Shown here one piece after another: positions 42,771 through 55,856 of a DNA stretch of 64,000 nt. The position numbers and the translations under genes are program-made. Source of the stretch: Eledone cirrhosa (Eukaryota); contig OZ024746.1 of assembly GCA_964016885.1 (NCBI GenBank), positions 71,114,001-71,178,000 on the forward strand, read 5' to 3'. Position 1 is the first letter of the stretch. Each line of letters opens with the position of its first letter. The notes below the pieces were generated by a model that was given only the letters and a program-made list of their open reading frames with translations, did not search any database and was not told the origin of the DNA.

Positions 42771-43125
42771 AAGAAAGAAAGGAAGAAATACAGGGAAAAA
42801 GAAGGAAAGAAAGATATATATATATATATATATATTTCTTTCCTTCTTTTTTCCTGTCTTTCTTTCTTTCTTTCTTTCATTCTTTCATTCTTTCTTTCTT
42901 ACTTGCTTTCTTATATTAATTTATTTCATTTAATCAATTATATATATTATTTTTTTTTTCTCATATAATCTCCCTAAACTCTTACAGAATAAGGGTCCTC
43001 AGCGGGAGCTGTGGTTCACCAAGTGCAGGCAGAATTAACTCCTGGTTGTCCAGTCAGCCCCAGTAATATAACACACATACACAATATTCTCTACCTTGGG
43101 TATTGCTAATTCAAAAGTAATGATA

Positions 43126-43204
<79 letters not shown>

Positions 43205-43309
43205 TATGTATATATGTATATGTATATGCGTGTGTATGTGTGTGTAATGTATATATGTGTATATGAACATATGTATTATATGTATGCATATATATATGTT
43301 TATATACAA

Positions 43310-43401
<92 letters not shown>

Positions 43402-45448
43402 ATATACGTAAATACACACACACAAACATGCAGATTATTGAAGAAAGACAAAAAAAGACAATAATAACAACAACAACTCACCAAAAGGCATATTTTTGTT
43501 CCCCCCGGAGTAATGTACCGACTGACCTCAGCACGTGCCATTGGATTTAAAAAAAATTGTTTTCTCCTTTCATTCATTCACTGGTTTCAGTCTTTAGATT
43601 GTGGCCATGCTGGGGCACTACTGTTAATTTTTAAAAAATATTTTCGACCACATCAAACCAACTCTTTATTTCAGTCTTTAAATTACTCTATCAATCTCTA
43701 TACATTTTTCTTTTTGTTTTAAATTTATGTTTTATATTTTAATAATTGTTTCTACTTTTGGCACAAGGCCAGCAATTAACCAGTGTATTACTGGTACTTT
43801 ATTTTATCGACCCCCGTAACGATGAAAGGCAAAGTTAACCTCGGCGGGATTTGAACTCAGAATGACAAGGGCCGTAACTCAATGCGTCAAAGCATGGCGT
43901 CCGACCCTCTACCGATACTGCCAAGAAGCAAAGAACCGTGCCTGTGACCCTTTTCGGGTCCTCAGAGGCTGGTGGATGGAAGGAAGGCATTCTCAAACTA
44001 GAAATCTGGTTCGAATACTTACAAAAGAGTAGGCTCCACTAAAAGTAACCAATAGTAAATTGGTGGTGTTAAACCGAGTGTCGGATTAAATCTACCATCA
44101 ATTAGGCCATATTGGTTTTTGAACCCTGAAGATAAAACAGTTGAAACAAATATAACTGCAATGCATCTCGTCCGATGTTCTAACAATTTCGTCAATCCAC
44201 CAGTATGGAAATTAATAATCAATCGCAGTAAAATAAACTGTTATCGGAGTGGAGCTGACTACCCGTAAGAGTGAGCCCCATGATGTGGAATGGCTGCTCT
44301 AGGGAGCAGTCAGATCCGCTCCGATAACTGTGAGCAAGGATATTGGTCGGGACCCTATATCGGACTGTCCCTTAAGTCTCATTTACGGTGGTAGCATATG
44401 GAATAGATTTACTTCTATGAAGTGAACTAGAACTTATTTTACTAGCCTAGCAAATGGTACTATGTATCTAACTAGCCTAGCAAATGGTACTATGTATCTT
44501 ATCCAGTGCCACTCTTGCATAGGTTTAACATGGTTAGAGGTATCATCAAATGTACATCAATACTTTTATTGTTATTAACGTCCTATACCAAACCTCACCA
44601 AATTATCGAGGGGCTGAAAATAATGGTTTCTAGATAAACACTACATGTGAAGCCAAATGAATATAAAAGCTAGCCTTGTAATAAATTAACACACACGCAC
44701 ATAGAACTTGCATAAGCGAAACATAGCGGCGTTTCGTAAGCCTAGTTTTTGATATGTTATTTTTCAATGGAAATCTTTCATTGTCAAATTAATAGAAACG
44801 TCTTAAGGGACGTTTATGTGATATTCTTTATCATAACTCCAACTATATTTTAACTCCATCTTTCGCTGATCATCCGGCAAACTGCCCTCTTAAAAACAAC
44901 AACAACAACAAAAAAAAACTTATAAGATTTAAATCCCTAACACAACACAAACCTCCAACACAAACCCACCTCACCACATCTCACACCACACCAGATACCT
45001 ATGCCACCTCACCCTACGCAATACCACAGACCCACACCATCACACACTACACCCCCCCCACACACACATACACACCACAAACCCACACCAACCTACCACG
45101 CACTACACCCCGAATTCGGTGACCTTACTACATTGACCTTTGGCTCCCTACCTTCAAATCACTTCCTCAAGCTAATTTTACCCAGCTCAACGCCCTCTTA
45201 TTGTCCCGCTTACAATAGGTTTAGAGGACCATAATAAGTATTTCAAGCTAGGTGGGACGTCAGGACCTGTGGTGTAATGTGTGTAATGTGGTGTTGTGGG
45301 TTTCATATAGGTTTTAAGGCGGGGACCATATCTCTACACACTGCAGGGCAGCGAGGTTTAAGGCGTTCAATTATCTTTTCAAGTGTAAACAGATATACAT
45401 AGAAAACATTTATACGTACACATACACACATGCACACGTAATACATAA

Positions 45449-45479
<31 letters not shown>

Positions 45480-45485
45480 TATATA

Positions 45486-45668
45486 TCTATATATCTAAAA
45501 CAGAAAATGTCTGTCTGTCTGTCTGTCTGTCTGTCAGCTCCCTAAAACTCGAGAACCACCCAACCGATTGTTTTCAAACTTTACACATGTAATACTTATG
45601 ATCCTGTGAGTATTTTGAGAACATTTTTTTCAAATTTTCAATGCTCTAGGGACCGCATTAGGCGATTT

Positions 45669-45732
<64 letters not shown>

Positions 45733-45850
45733 GTCTTTATTTTTAGATAGATACATCGATATAACGTTGCGCACTTATAATATGTCTGTATGTCTGACTG
45801 TCTGCATTACGACATTATGATACTGTGTGTGGTGTATATATGTATATATA

Positions 45851-45884
<34 letters not shown>

Positions 45885-45987
45885 TGTAACGTTTTTCGAA
45901 ATATTTACTTCTGCGTTCACAGATTGATTTTTATTTTAGTTTCAGAAGATCCCATTAAGGGTGAAAGCAGCAATTCTTTGCTTAAAC

Positions 45988-46022
<35 letters not shown>

Positions 46023-46169
46023 TATATTCGTGTACAGATATTTTTTGCATACACAATAACAAAATATAAATAAACATATTTATTTCACGAGGCTCGATAA
46101 GGATAAATATATATCAATTATATAAGAACCCTAGAGCAAATCCCGAGCAACGCCGGGCCATTCTGCTAG
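45486..46169 (+). mobile_element. Non-autonomous Helitron
   Basis: A|TCTATATAT 5' end, internal (GTCT)n, 3' hairpin CCCGAGCAACGCCGGG then CTAG|T; no TSD. Confidence 0.75.
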
Positions 46170-47211
46170 TATATATATATATACATGATGGCTGCAAACT
46201 CTGCTAAAAGTATTGCTATCGCTTGTCAGATTATAGAGTTTGGTACACTTTTAGGCTATAGCCAGCCACACAAACCTGTAACAGACCCTGAACAAGTAAT
46301 GCCTGTGCTTTGAAGGTTTTTTTAAGTGGGGAAAGGCCTTGCACTCGACCAATCCCACTATCTGAGCATCGGAAACACTTCCCGAAAAGGAGAACTGGTC
46401 AACATCATCGGGTGCTTCCGATGATGTTGACCAGATGTTTTTCAGAATTTCCCTCTCTTAGAAAGGTGTTGTGACAACAACTGGGGGCCTTTCACTCCCA
46501 TATACATACATACATTCATACACGTATACATACATATATGTATATACACACACACAAATGTATGTTCATACATACATATATATATATTATACATATATAT
46601 ATATATATGTATGTGCATACATTTGTGCGTGTAATTGTATAGTGTACGTTCATAAATATTGGATTTCTTGTAATGTTCATTTTTTGTCATATATAATGTT
46701 TTTTTTTAAATTTAAAATAAAATTATTATTAGATTTGGCAGAATCGGTAGAGGGTCGGACATGCTTTCTAGCATAGTTACGTCTCTTTATGATCTGATTT
46801 CAAATCCCGCCGAGGTTAACTTTTCCTTTCATCCATACGGGGTCGATAAAATAAAGTACCAGTAATACACTGAGTATTTGCTGGCCTTGTGCCAACAGTA
46901 GAAACAATTATTAGATTCTCGAGTTGCTGTATCGAAATGAATCACTTACAATAAAATTAGAAAAATTTAATAATCGGGGGTGGGGTGTTGGCTGTTGGTG
47001 GAATAAAACCGGGGGGTGGGTGGTGGAAAAAAATCTGAAAAATTAATGGGGGGTCGGCAATTATTCAAGACCTGAGAGTAATTGAAAGAGAGAGGGGTAT
47101 TGGGAAAGATTGTTGTATGGAAGATATATAGAGGGGGACAGTGTAGTGGTGATTGCTAGATGTATATATATATATATTTAAAAAATAGAGGTGTAACACA
47201 CGAGTTGTGAT

Positions 47212-47589
47212 ATATTGGTAAAAGGAAAAGAAAATGCTGACAAATTTTTCCCAGTGAAAAATAGTTTAATTAGGAATAAATAAAAATTAGTAATAAGTAT
47301 TGGTTAGTATTCAGTTTTAGTTTTAAGTTTTTACCGGTTGCGCATTTCTAATGCTTTTCAAAAATAATTTTGAGATAGAGCGTCCGTGATGTTTGCTCTA
47401 ATCAGATTAGAGCAAACATCACGAGCGCTCTATCTCAAAATTATTTTTGAAAAGCATTAGAAATGCGCAACCGGTAAAAACTTAAAAATAAAACTGAATA
47501 CTAACCAATACTTATTACTAATTTTTATTTATTCCTAATTAAACTATTTTTCACTGGGAAAAATTTGTCAGCATTTTCTTTTCCTTTTA

Positions 47590-47597
<8 letters not shown>
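47212..47597. repeat. Palindromic TA-flanked element (same family as 51842-52223)
   Basis: Centre CTCTAATCAGATTAGAG at 47404; ~190-bp arms; the element extends left to ~47176. Confidence 0.9.
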
Positions 47598-47640
<43 letters not shown>

Positions 47641-47776
47641 ATAATAATAAAATTGAAGACTAAAATCCAAAGAGGGCTCGATAAGGAAAATATATATCAA
47701 ATATATAAGAACCGTAGAGCTAGTATAGACATTGTCCCCCCCACCCAATTCAGAAATGCTTCCACCATCCCTGATT

Positions 47777-47846
<70 letters not shown>

Positions 47847-47904
47847 TTATTTCAGCGTGCATAGATCTTTTCTCACCTAACCCAGTGGAATATTCCATTG
47901 TAAT

Positions 47905-47946
<42 letters not shown>

Positions 47947-48430
47947 AGCCTCTAAGCCTCTAAATACCAAATGTGCAAACACACACACACACATATATAT
48001 ATATACACATATATTTATATATATACATATATATATATAAACACACATTATATATATATATATATAAACATCCCATACTTCTGTTCCTGTATATCCCTCC
48101 AAATTACTCCCCTAAATAATAATGCTCTCCTTAATCCCCTTTTTCTTTTTATTTAAAAACAAATCGTGGTGTGGTAAGGCGTGAAGAGAGTAACGCATCC
48201 CTTAAACACACTCCATACATACACATTACATACCTCCATCACTGACCACCACCACCACCACCACCATCATCATCATACTATCTCATTTCTCACACTGGGG
48301 TTAGGGTAAATTTGATTGACAGCTACATAGTACACAACCACCCTTTTCCTAATTGTATATATATATACAATACATCTCTCTATATATATACACACACACA
48401 TATATATAACAATTATATATATATATATAG

Positions 48431-48648
48431 ATGAATAAAGTTAGTCCTTCATCAGTGATCTTCCAACCACCATTGGTATTTCATCGCTTTAAAGACCATA
48501 TACCTCCGGTTGGTGCGAGCAACGGCCAAAAAAAGTTGTTGGGACACGTAAATAAAGGGAACACGAGTGTAAACAAACAAAATGGTGAAGCAACGAAAAG
48601 TGAGGAAGAAGGAGTCAAGTCCCAAATTTCTATGAATTTAAATTCGAG

Positions 48649-48734
<86 letters not shown>

Positions 48735-48743
48735 GTAAGTATG

Positions 48744-48786
<43 letters not shown>

Positions 48787-48787
48787 A

Positions 48788-48822
<35 letters not shown>

Positions 48823-48823
48823 A

Positions 48824-48859
<36 letters not shown>

Positions 48860-49418
48860 GTGTTGGCGTAACGGTAGCACAGTGGTCTGGACAACTAAAG
48901 ATGTGAGTTCGATTCCCATGTCCGTCAATACTAGTCTTTTTTTCCATTTCTTAGAGGGTTCTAAACCCCACTATCAGGCTGAAATTTCTTTAGTCAAAAA
49001 TACGGCGAAAGCTTCTATTTCTATTTTCAAACTAGCTCGCTGTTTCAAAACAAACGTGCTTATATATATAATTGTAAATGATATATACCTAGATATCTCA
49101 ATTGTGAAACAAACTAGTATTTTGTAAATATATATATGTATATACAGAGCAAATAATATGTAGATTTAAATACAAATTTAAAAACATACTCTTAGGTGTT
49201 AAAATAGTGCTGTACTTACATAGAAAAATGGAATGTTTACCTTCGATTACAGTAATTAGCATCAATCACCAGTTATCGATTCTGGCAAACATCACTAAGA
49301 TCATGATTCTAATTGTCAGTAAGTTTAGGTCTTAGCTAAATATATCTCTAACTCTCCATTAAAATACTAGTCTTCTACTGTTGGAAGAAAATATTTAAAA
49401 TAATCTCCATTATCGAAT

Positions 49419-49471
<53 letters not shown>

Positions 49472-49704
49472 GCACACACACACATATATATATATATATA
49501 GGAACGAGTAGGACCCCGACGGCTGAGGTCAAGCCGTTTCGACGGCTAATTCTGGACACAATTCACGAGTCCAGAATTAGCCGTCGAAACGGCTTGAGCT
49601 CAGCCGTCGGGGTCCTACTCGTTCCTATTACCAACTCTACTACCCTAAGTATTGAGTACTTTGGTGCGTTATGGTCCACCTGGTTCCTTACCACATTTCC
49701 TCCG

Positions 49705-49752
<48 letters not shown>

Positions 49753-49912
49753 CTTCACCATTTTGTTTGTTTACCCTCACGTCCCCTTTATTTACCTGTC
49801 CCAACGACTTTTTTTAGCCGTTGCTCGCACCAACCGGAGGTATATGGTCTTTAAAGCGATGAAATGCCTATGATGGTTGGAAGATCACTGATGAAGGACA
49901 AACTTTTTTCAT
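48431..49912. repeat. Inverted repeat pair, ~165 bp (48431-48594 and 49749-49912)
   Basis: GTCCTTCATCAGTGATCTTCCAACC...AATGGTGAAGCAAC and its diverged reverse complement. Confidence 0.8.
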
Positions 49913-50041
49913 ATGTAACCCATTTGCAACTCCGCAGCGCCCTTATTATCATATATATATATATATATCCTGATGATTTCAAATGAATGAAACAGTTCTA
50001 GTCCTGTAGAATCTCATCTATATTAAAACTGTTATACTCTG

Positions 50042-50112
<71 letters not shown>

Positions 50113-50196
50113 CACACACACACGCACACACACATACACACACACACATATATATATATAAGTTTAGGAATAACCAAAGAGTGCTTAGAAATACAT

Positions 50197-50260
50197 TGTT
50201 TTATTTGCTAACAGTGTTTCATCCATACCCTAGGGCAGGAATCATCGGAGCTTATAAACA
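50197..50260 (-). ncRNA. Type I hammerhead-like motif, U4C variant
   Basis: Minus strand GCT-CCGATGA-tTCC..GGAt-GAAA-CACTG-TT-AGC, with further pairing TGTTT/AAACA. Confidence 0.55.
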
Positions 50261-50588
50261 AAAATATGTCAAAAGTTGCAGGCTCCATCGAGCTCAGTCA
50301 TATTTAGATAATAGATTTTTTTAATCTAAATACACCTTATCTTCCAAAATCTTACTTGAAGTGCAGTTTGAGAACTATCATGGATCCTCCATCGATTTCG
50401 ACGATGAATATTCAGTTGTTCGTATTTAATTGATGAGTATTCCACGTAGAAACATACATACATTCATACATATATGCATAACCTTATTTGTTTGCTATCT
50501 CTAGCTATTTCCACCTAGAAACAAGACGAAGAATATGGAAAGAGAGAGATAGAGAAAGAGAGAAGAGAGAGAGAGAGAGAGTGAGAGT

Positions 50589-50647
<59 letters not shown>

Positions 50648-50748
50648 TAGAAACCCCTAGTATTTTACTGGTATTTGGTTACATTAATCCCGTCCCTCTT
50701 TAGCACAGGTCTCAGGGACACAGAGGTGCAATTGATGTTGCTTTAAAG

Positions 50749-51050
50749 CAGGCATGGGCCACCTTTTTCGAGAAGCGGGCCGCATGAGATATGGCTCATC
50801 ATCAGGTGGGCCGCAAGCGCAAATTTTACATTCGTGCCCACATTAAAAAAAAGGGTGGTAACTCAGGTTGTTTTGGTTTGTTTCTTCAGAATTCGTACAC
50901 GTTGGTTTCCTCCATCGTAAACAAGATAAATTACGACTGAAAAGTGGGGGTAAAAAAATCAGAAAGATTTCACTTAGTTGACTTAGGCGAGCCTTTGAGA
51001 AAGCTTCGCGGGTCGCATGTGGCCCGTGAGCTGCAGGTTGCCCATGACTG
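50749..51050. mobile_element. hAT (Charlie-like) MITE
   Basis: TIRs CAGGCATGGGC / GCCCATGACTG; 8-bp TSD CTTTAAAG / CTTTAGAG; subterminal GGGCCGCA repeats. Confidence 0.85.
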
Positions 51051-51483
51051 CTTTAGAGCATATTTGAAAATATGATGGATATGATGATGGTGATGATCGT
51101 CACCATAAACGCAACCACGATGACTGCACCTTCGACGACGACGATGACGGCAACCAGCACCACTTTCACCACCACGAACAGCTACAACAACTATACCACC
51201 ACGGCAATCACTATGACCATCATCACAACAATTAACCTCTCCTCCACACAGAGCACCTCCCACCACAACCACAACCACAACCACAACCACGACCACAATT
51301 TTCAATCACGTAGGCAAAGCTCTAAAATTCCCTAAAGCTAGTGATTTTTAGGTAAGTGCACTCAATGACCCCTTGAAAGGGTGAGGGAATATATTTTTTT
51401 GAAAAAGGAAATAGATTAAAATTAAAACACAAATCAAGGTGTGGAAAATTCTATAATTACCATGGCTACCTAGGAATAGATCT

Positions 51484-51566
<83 letters not shown>

Positions 51567-51841
51567 GTCTACGTAACTGTCTATCTATGTACCTACCTAC
51601 TTACCTACTTACCTACCTACCTACCTACCTACCTACCTACCTATCTACTTACCTACCTACCTACCTACCAACCTACCGCCTCCCCCACTCTCTCAATCTC
51701 TCTATTTGTCTGAATGTCAATCTATATTTATATATTTATGTATATTTACAAATGTAACTAATTTTGGAAAAGCACAACAATAACAACAGCAAAGTACGAA
51801 TTCCGATAGCCGTCCGAAGGTAATATATATATATATATATA

Positions 51842-52223
51842 TATATTGGTAATCGGAAAAAAAAATGCTGACAAATTGTTCCCAGTGAAAAATTGTTTAA
51901 TTAGGAATAAGTAAAAATTACTAATAGTATTGGTTAGTATTCAGTTTTGGTTTTAAGTTTTACCGGTTGCGCATTTCTAATGCTTTTCAAAAATAATTTT
52001 GAGATAGAGCGCCCGTGATGTTTGCTCTAATCTGGTTAGAGCAAACATCACGGGCGCTCTATCTCAAAATTATTTTTGAAAAGCATTAGAAATGCGCAAC
52101 CGGTAAAACTTAAAACCAAAACTGAATACTAACCAATACTATTAGTAATTTTTACTTATTCCTAATTAAACTATTTTTCACTGGGAACAATTTGTCAGCA
52201 TTTTCTTTTCCGTTTACCAATAT
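51842..52223. repeat. Palindromic TA-flanked element, second copy in the opposite orientation
   Basis: Centre at 52033; unpaired tail 52224-52260 is the reverse complement of ~47176-47211. Confidence 0.9.
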
Positions 52224-52255
52224 ATCATAACTCGTGTGTTACACCTCTATTCTTT

Positions 52256-52311
<56 letters not shown>

Positions 52312-52457
52312 TTTTGAGTTGATGTTGGTTGTATACCAACACCTCAGTATGCAGGCTGGAGCACTCGACGAAGTGCGCAGGTTGGTTTGGTTACTCCGGA
52401 GTAGTGTAAAATAAAGTTAAATAAAAGTCAAATGATTAAAATTTAGCTTCGTTTATT

Positions 52458-52512
52458 ACTGCTATATATATTTCAGTGACAGCCATCTTTGGCTGTGACC
52501 TCTTCAGGCAGT
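52458..52512 (-). ncRNA. Type I hammerhead ribozyme motif, family B, mirror copy in the palindrome
   Basis: Reverse complement of 52743-52797 about the palindrome centre at 52627/52628. Confidence 0.85.
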
Positions 52513-52742
52513 TTGAATTAGTATGGTATAGACAAGAACATATGTTGTTTAGGTGTATGATATTGTCAATACTCTGATATGCCCAGTTCCTTGTTGGGTT
52601 GTTACTTCACTGGGGAACTGGAGTCATATGACTCCAGTTCCCCAGTGAAGTAACAACCCAACAAGGAACTGGGCATATTAGAGTATTGACAATATCATAC
52701 ACCTAAACAACATATGTACTTGTCTATACCATACTAATTCAA

Positions 52743-52797
52743 ACTGCCTGAAGAGGTCACAGCCAAAGATGGCTGTCACTGAAATATATATAGCAGT
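52743..52797 (+). ncRNA. Type I hammerhead ribozyme motif, family B
   Basis: ACTGC-CTGAAGA-stem II (ACAGCCA/TGGCTGT)-GAAA-TATATA-TA-GCAGT. All core nucleotides canonical; 5-bp stem I. Confidence 0.85.
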
Positions 52798-52841
52798 AAT
52801 AAACGAAGCTAAATTTTAATCATTTGACTTTTATTTAACTT

Positions 52842-52930
<89 letters not shown>

Positions 52931-52932
52931 CT

Positions 52933-53103
52933 ATATAAGATCAAAAGATGGTTAAAAGAGTTCCATGTATTTTATTATGCGCATTTCAAAAACAAATATC
53001 ATCATGCAATAACATTTGTGTTTTTATTGCATGATGATATTTGTTTTTGAAATGCGCATGATAAAATACATGGAACTCTTTTAACCATCTTTTGATCTTA
53101 TAT
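52933..53103. repeat. ~170-bp palindrome
   Basis: ATATAAGATCAAAAGATGG... versus ...CCATCTTTTGATCTTATAT; centre ~53018. Confidence 0.85.
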
Positions 53104-53180
53104 ATTATGTATACAAACTGTAGAGTGCTTTTTATCCGATATCTGCATTGCTTTATTGTACTACAATAAAACTCACCTCC

Positions 53181-53240
<60 letters not shown>

Positions 53241-53272
53241 AGAAAAACCACAAACCCTCCATCTCAAATCTA

Positions 53273-53308
53273 CTTTTGAAAAGCATAAGAACTGCGAAAC
53301 CGGTAAAG
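53273..53308 (+). ncRNA. Hammerhead motif with U3-A8 covariant core
   Basis: CTT-TTGAAAA-GCA taagaac TGC-GAAA-CCGG-TA-AAG. Confidence 0.55.
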
Positions 53309-53361
53309 GAAATAAATAAATATTCTTAAAAAGACTCCAGTTGTATTTTCGATTTCCTTTT

Positions 53362-53441
<80 letters not shown>

Positions 53442-54097
53442 TATATATGTATGAAACAAATAGTTTTTTCGCTCTACATGGCTGAATGAATACAAGAAAT
53501 ACAAGAAATGTAAATCTGAGTTTTTCGAATATTAATGATAGTTTCTTCTTTTGGCGCAAGGCCAGCAAATTATCCAGTGCATTACTGGTACTTTATTTTA
53601 TCGACCCCGTAAGAATGAAAGGCAAAGTTAACCTCGACGGGATATTAATAATTGTTTCTACTTTAGGCACAAGGCCAGCAATTATCCAGTGCATTACTGG
53701 TACTTTATTTTATCAACCCCGTAAGGATGAAAGGCAAAGTCAACCTCGGCGGGATTTGAACTCAGTCTGTAAAGAGAGATATTAATAATGATATTCAATT
53801 CGTTTGCAATTATACAAACAGCCTCTTTATATATATATATAGTGAGTGTGTTCTGTTATTATTTCTGGTAATATTATTACAACAATATGACCCTCCCCAT
53901 ATATATATATATATACATATACTTGTGTTATAGGATGTTTCCTAACTGGGTATCAGAGCTGGAGATAGGCTTTTGGAATAACATCAAATGCGCATCATGG
54001 TATCATAACGTAAACATTTTACCACAGAAATTCGTACCAGAGCTATTACGTAATTAAAAAGTGTTGAAATCTAGCTTTCACGTTTTATTGATATATG

Positions 54098-54128
<31 letters not shown>

Positions 54129-54173
54129 GATAAAGAACACAAGAGCGTCTTCAACATCAAAAGATTTTTATTG

Positions 54174-54218
54174 GCTTACAATGTTTCTTCCTTACGTAAC
54201 CGTAGGATTTGTCAGAGC
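54174..54218 (-). ncRNA. Decayed hammerhead-like motif (CTGACAA, G8A)
   Basis: Minus strand GCT-CTGACAA-aTCCTACG GTTA CGTAAGGA-a-GAAA-CATTG-TA-AGC. Layout similar to the motif at 50197-50260. Confidence 0.45.
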
Positions 54219-54884
54219 TATAAAAGGGGTTTGATTGGTGTTATGGACTCTACCAACCAAACATTCAAGAACAAAGAGTAAAGAGAGTAAAGAGCAGAAG
54301 CAGGGGACGATAAGTCTAATTTTGGTGCGGGAGGGTGGGGTGTGGGTCCTTGTTTACTAGCTGTGGTCATATTCATTCCCGGGAGTCGAGTGGTTAGCTG
54401 AACCATAGATGGGGTGGCGTCGATAGTAGGGTGCAGAGGGTGTGCAGAGGCTACACACACACAAAGGGCCTACAATATATATATAACGGAGGAGAAAGTA
54501 CATGAGGTAATTAGAAATGGAAAAAGAGTAATAATAATAATCTATAGTTAATAATGTATAATAAGGCATGGGGAAGATTACACTATAATAAGGTATAAAA
54601 GTAAGAATAAGGTAAAATATAAAGGAGGATAAAAGTGAAAATAAGAATAAAGATAAAAAAACATATATATATAAATAAAAAAATATATATATAGAGAATA
54701 TATAAAGAAATATAAGCAAGTATTACAAAGGGAAAAACACAATGTAAAAAAAAACGATTTTTTTCAAATAAAAATATTATATATATATTGTGTGTGTGTG
54801 TAAAAGGCAAACAGATATCTACACAATCGGTACAGTATATGGAAGGAATAGATTAGGTTAACGCTTGAAATAGCAGGAAGAGGG

Positions 54885-54920
54885 TCTTAACGTTTCGGAC
54901 GCTAGTCCTTCATCAGAAGA
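54885..54920 (-). ncRNA. Ultra-minimal Penelope-type hammerhead motif
   Basis: Minus strand reads TCTT-CTGATGA-a-GGAC TAGC GTCC-GAAACGTT-AAGA, with palindromic AACGTT. Confidence 0.75.
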
Positions 54921-55049
54921 AAGAATGAGAAATAAGATAGAATGAAAGGACGGACGCGTTGGAATTGGAAAAAATGTCTTTGGATAAAAATAACAGGTTC
55001 ATTCAGGTTGACATCTCTTGGAAAACTGTTGGAGATGGCGATTTGAGTA

Positions 55050-55143
<94 letters not shown>

Positions 55144-55856
55144 TTCACGCCTCCTTTCTCACTAAATATTAAGACTAATGTAGTGAACAATTTCTGATAC
55201 CTTATCGATAAACACTTCACCCCACAATATAGATACAGTAAAATCTTCAATCTTCTTTCTGTGAGAATAACCTATTCTTGCGCACCATGGCATGACATCT
55301 AAGATGACTGCAAAAAACAAACCAGATGAGAATCCGAAAGACGACTGTCATCAATTACAACAAAACAGTAAAAACTGTCAAAATATCCACCTTATATTTA
55401 TAATATATTTATGAATTTGCCATATTCATAAAAAATAGGACATACAATCACTTTTACCGCGAACAGAACCAATTTTCTTCAACTACTCTCCATTTCATTT
55501 TCTTCACACACCCAATTCTAGGCCATAAATGTCCTCTTTTTTTCTGCAGTTGAAAAAACGTGTAAAAATTAGTCTCGGCATCCCCTCCATTTTATCTATT
55601 AAAAATAATTTATTAAAATTACAATTTTCCACAAAACTTTTCACAATTTTCGCAATACGTTTCACTAAGCGTCGTCCAGGAATTTCGTAAATAAGTGAAT
55701 CAAAAAAAGGTTGACAAAGAATAATTACAATCATGCAATCTTGTAAGCCCATGAAACCTAAGGTAGCACGATATTTTTCGTGTGTACTCGATGTTAGACT
55801 TAGATTTAATGATATTTAAGAGTCAACTGGGATGTTTTCTTATCACAGGACATCAG

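Larger units (their letters stand above)
52407..52848. repeat. ~442-bp near-perfect palindrome with one HHR per arm
   Basis: Centre GAGTCATATGACTC (52621-52634); arms mirror out to 52407 and 52848; flanked by (TA)n. Confidence 0.92.

Noticed and set aside
42989-43100. Acceptor-like site followed by unique sequence (possible exon)
   Set aside because: Stops in all three frames; it could only be a UTR exon and has no other support.
49970-50009. CTGATGA-stem-GAAA...GTC motif
   Set aside because: The 5' strand of stem I is replaced by (TA)n, so it is truncated and not counted. Isolated 3' halves near 4757-4773(-), 5366 and 63512-63530(-) were likewise not called.
53025-53068. ATGATGA...GAAA-TGCGCA-T(A/G) in the 53-kb palindrome
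   Set aside because: C3 is lost and there is no stem II; at best a relic.
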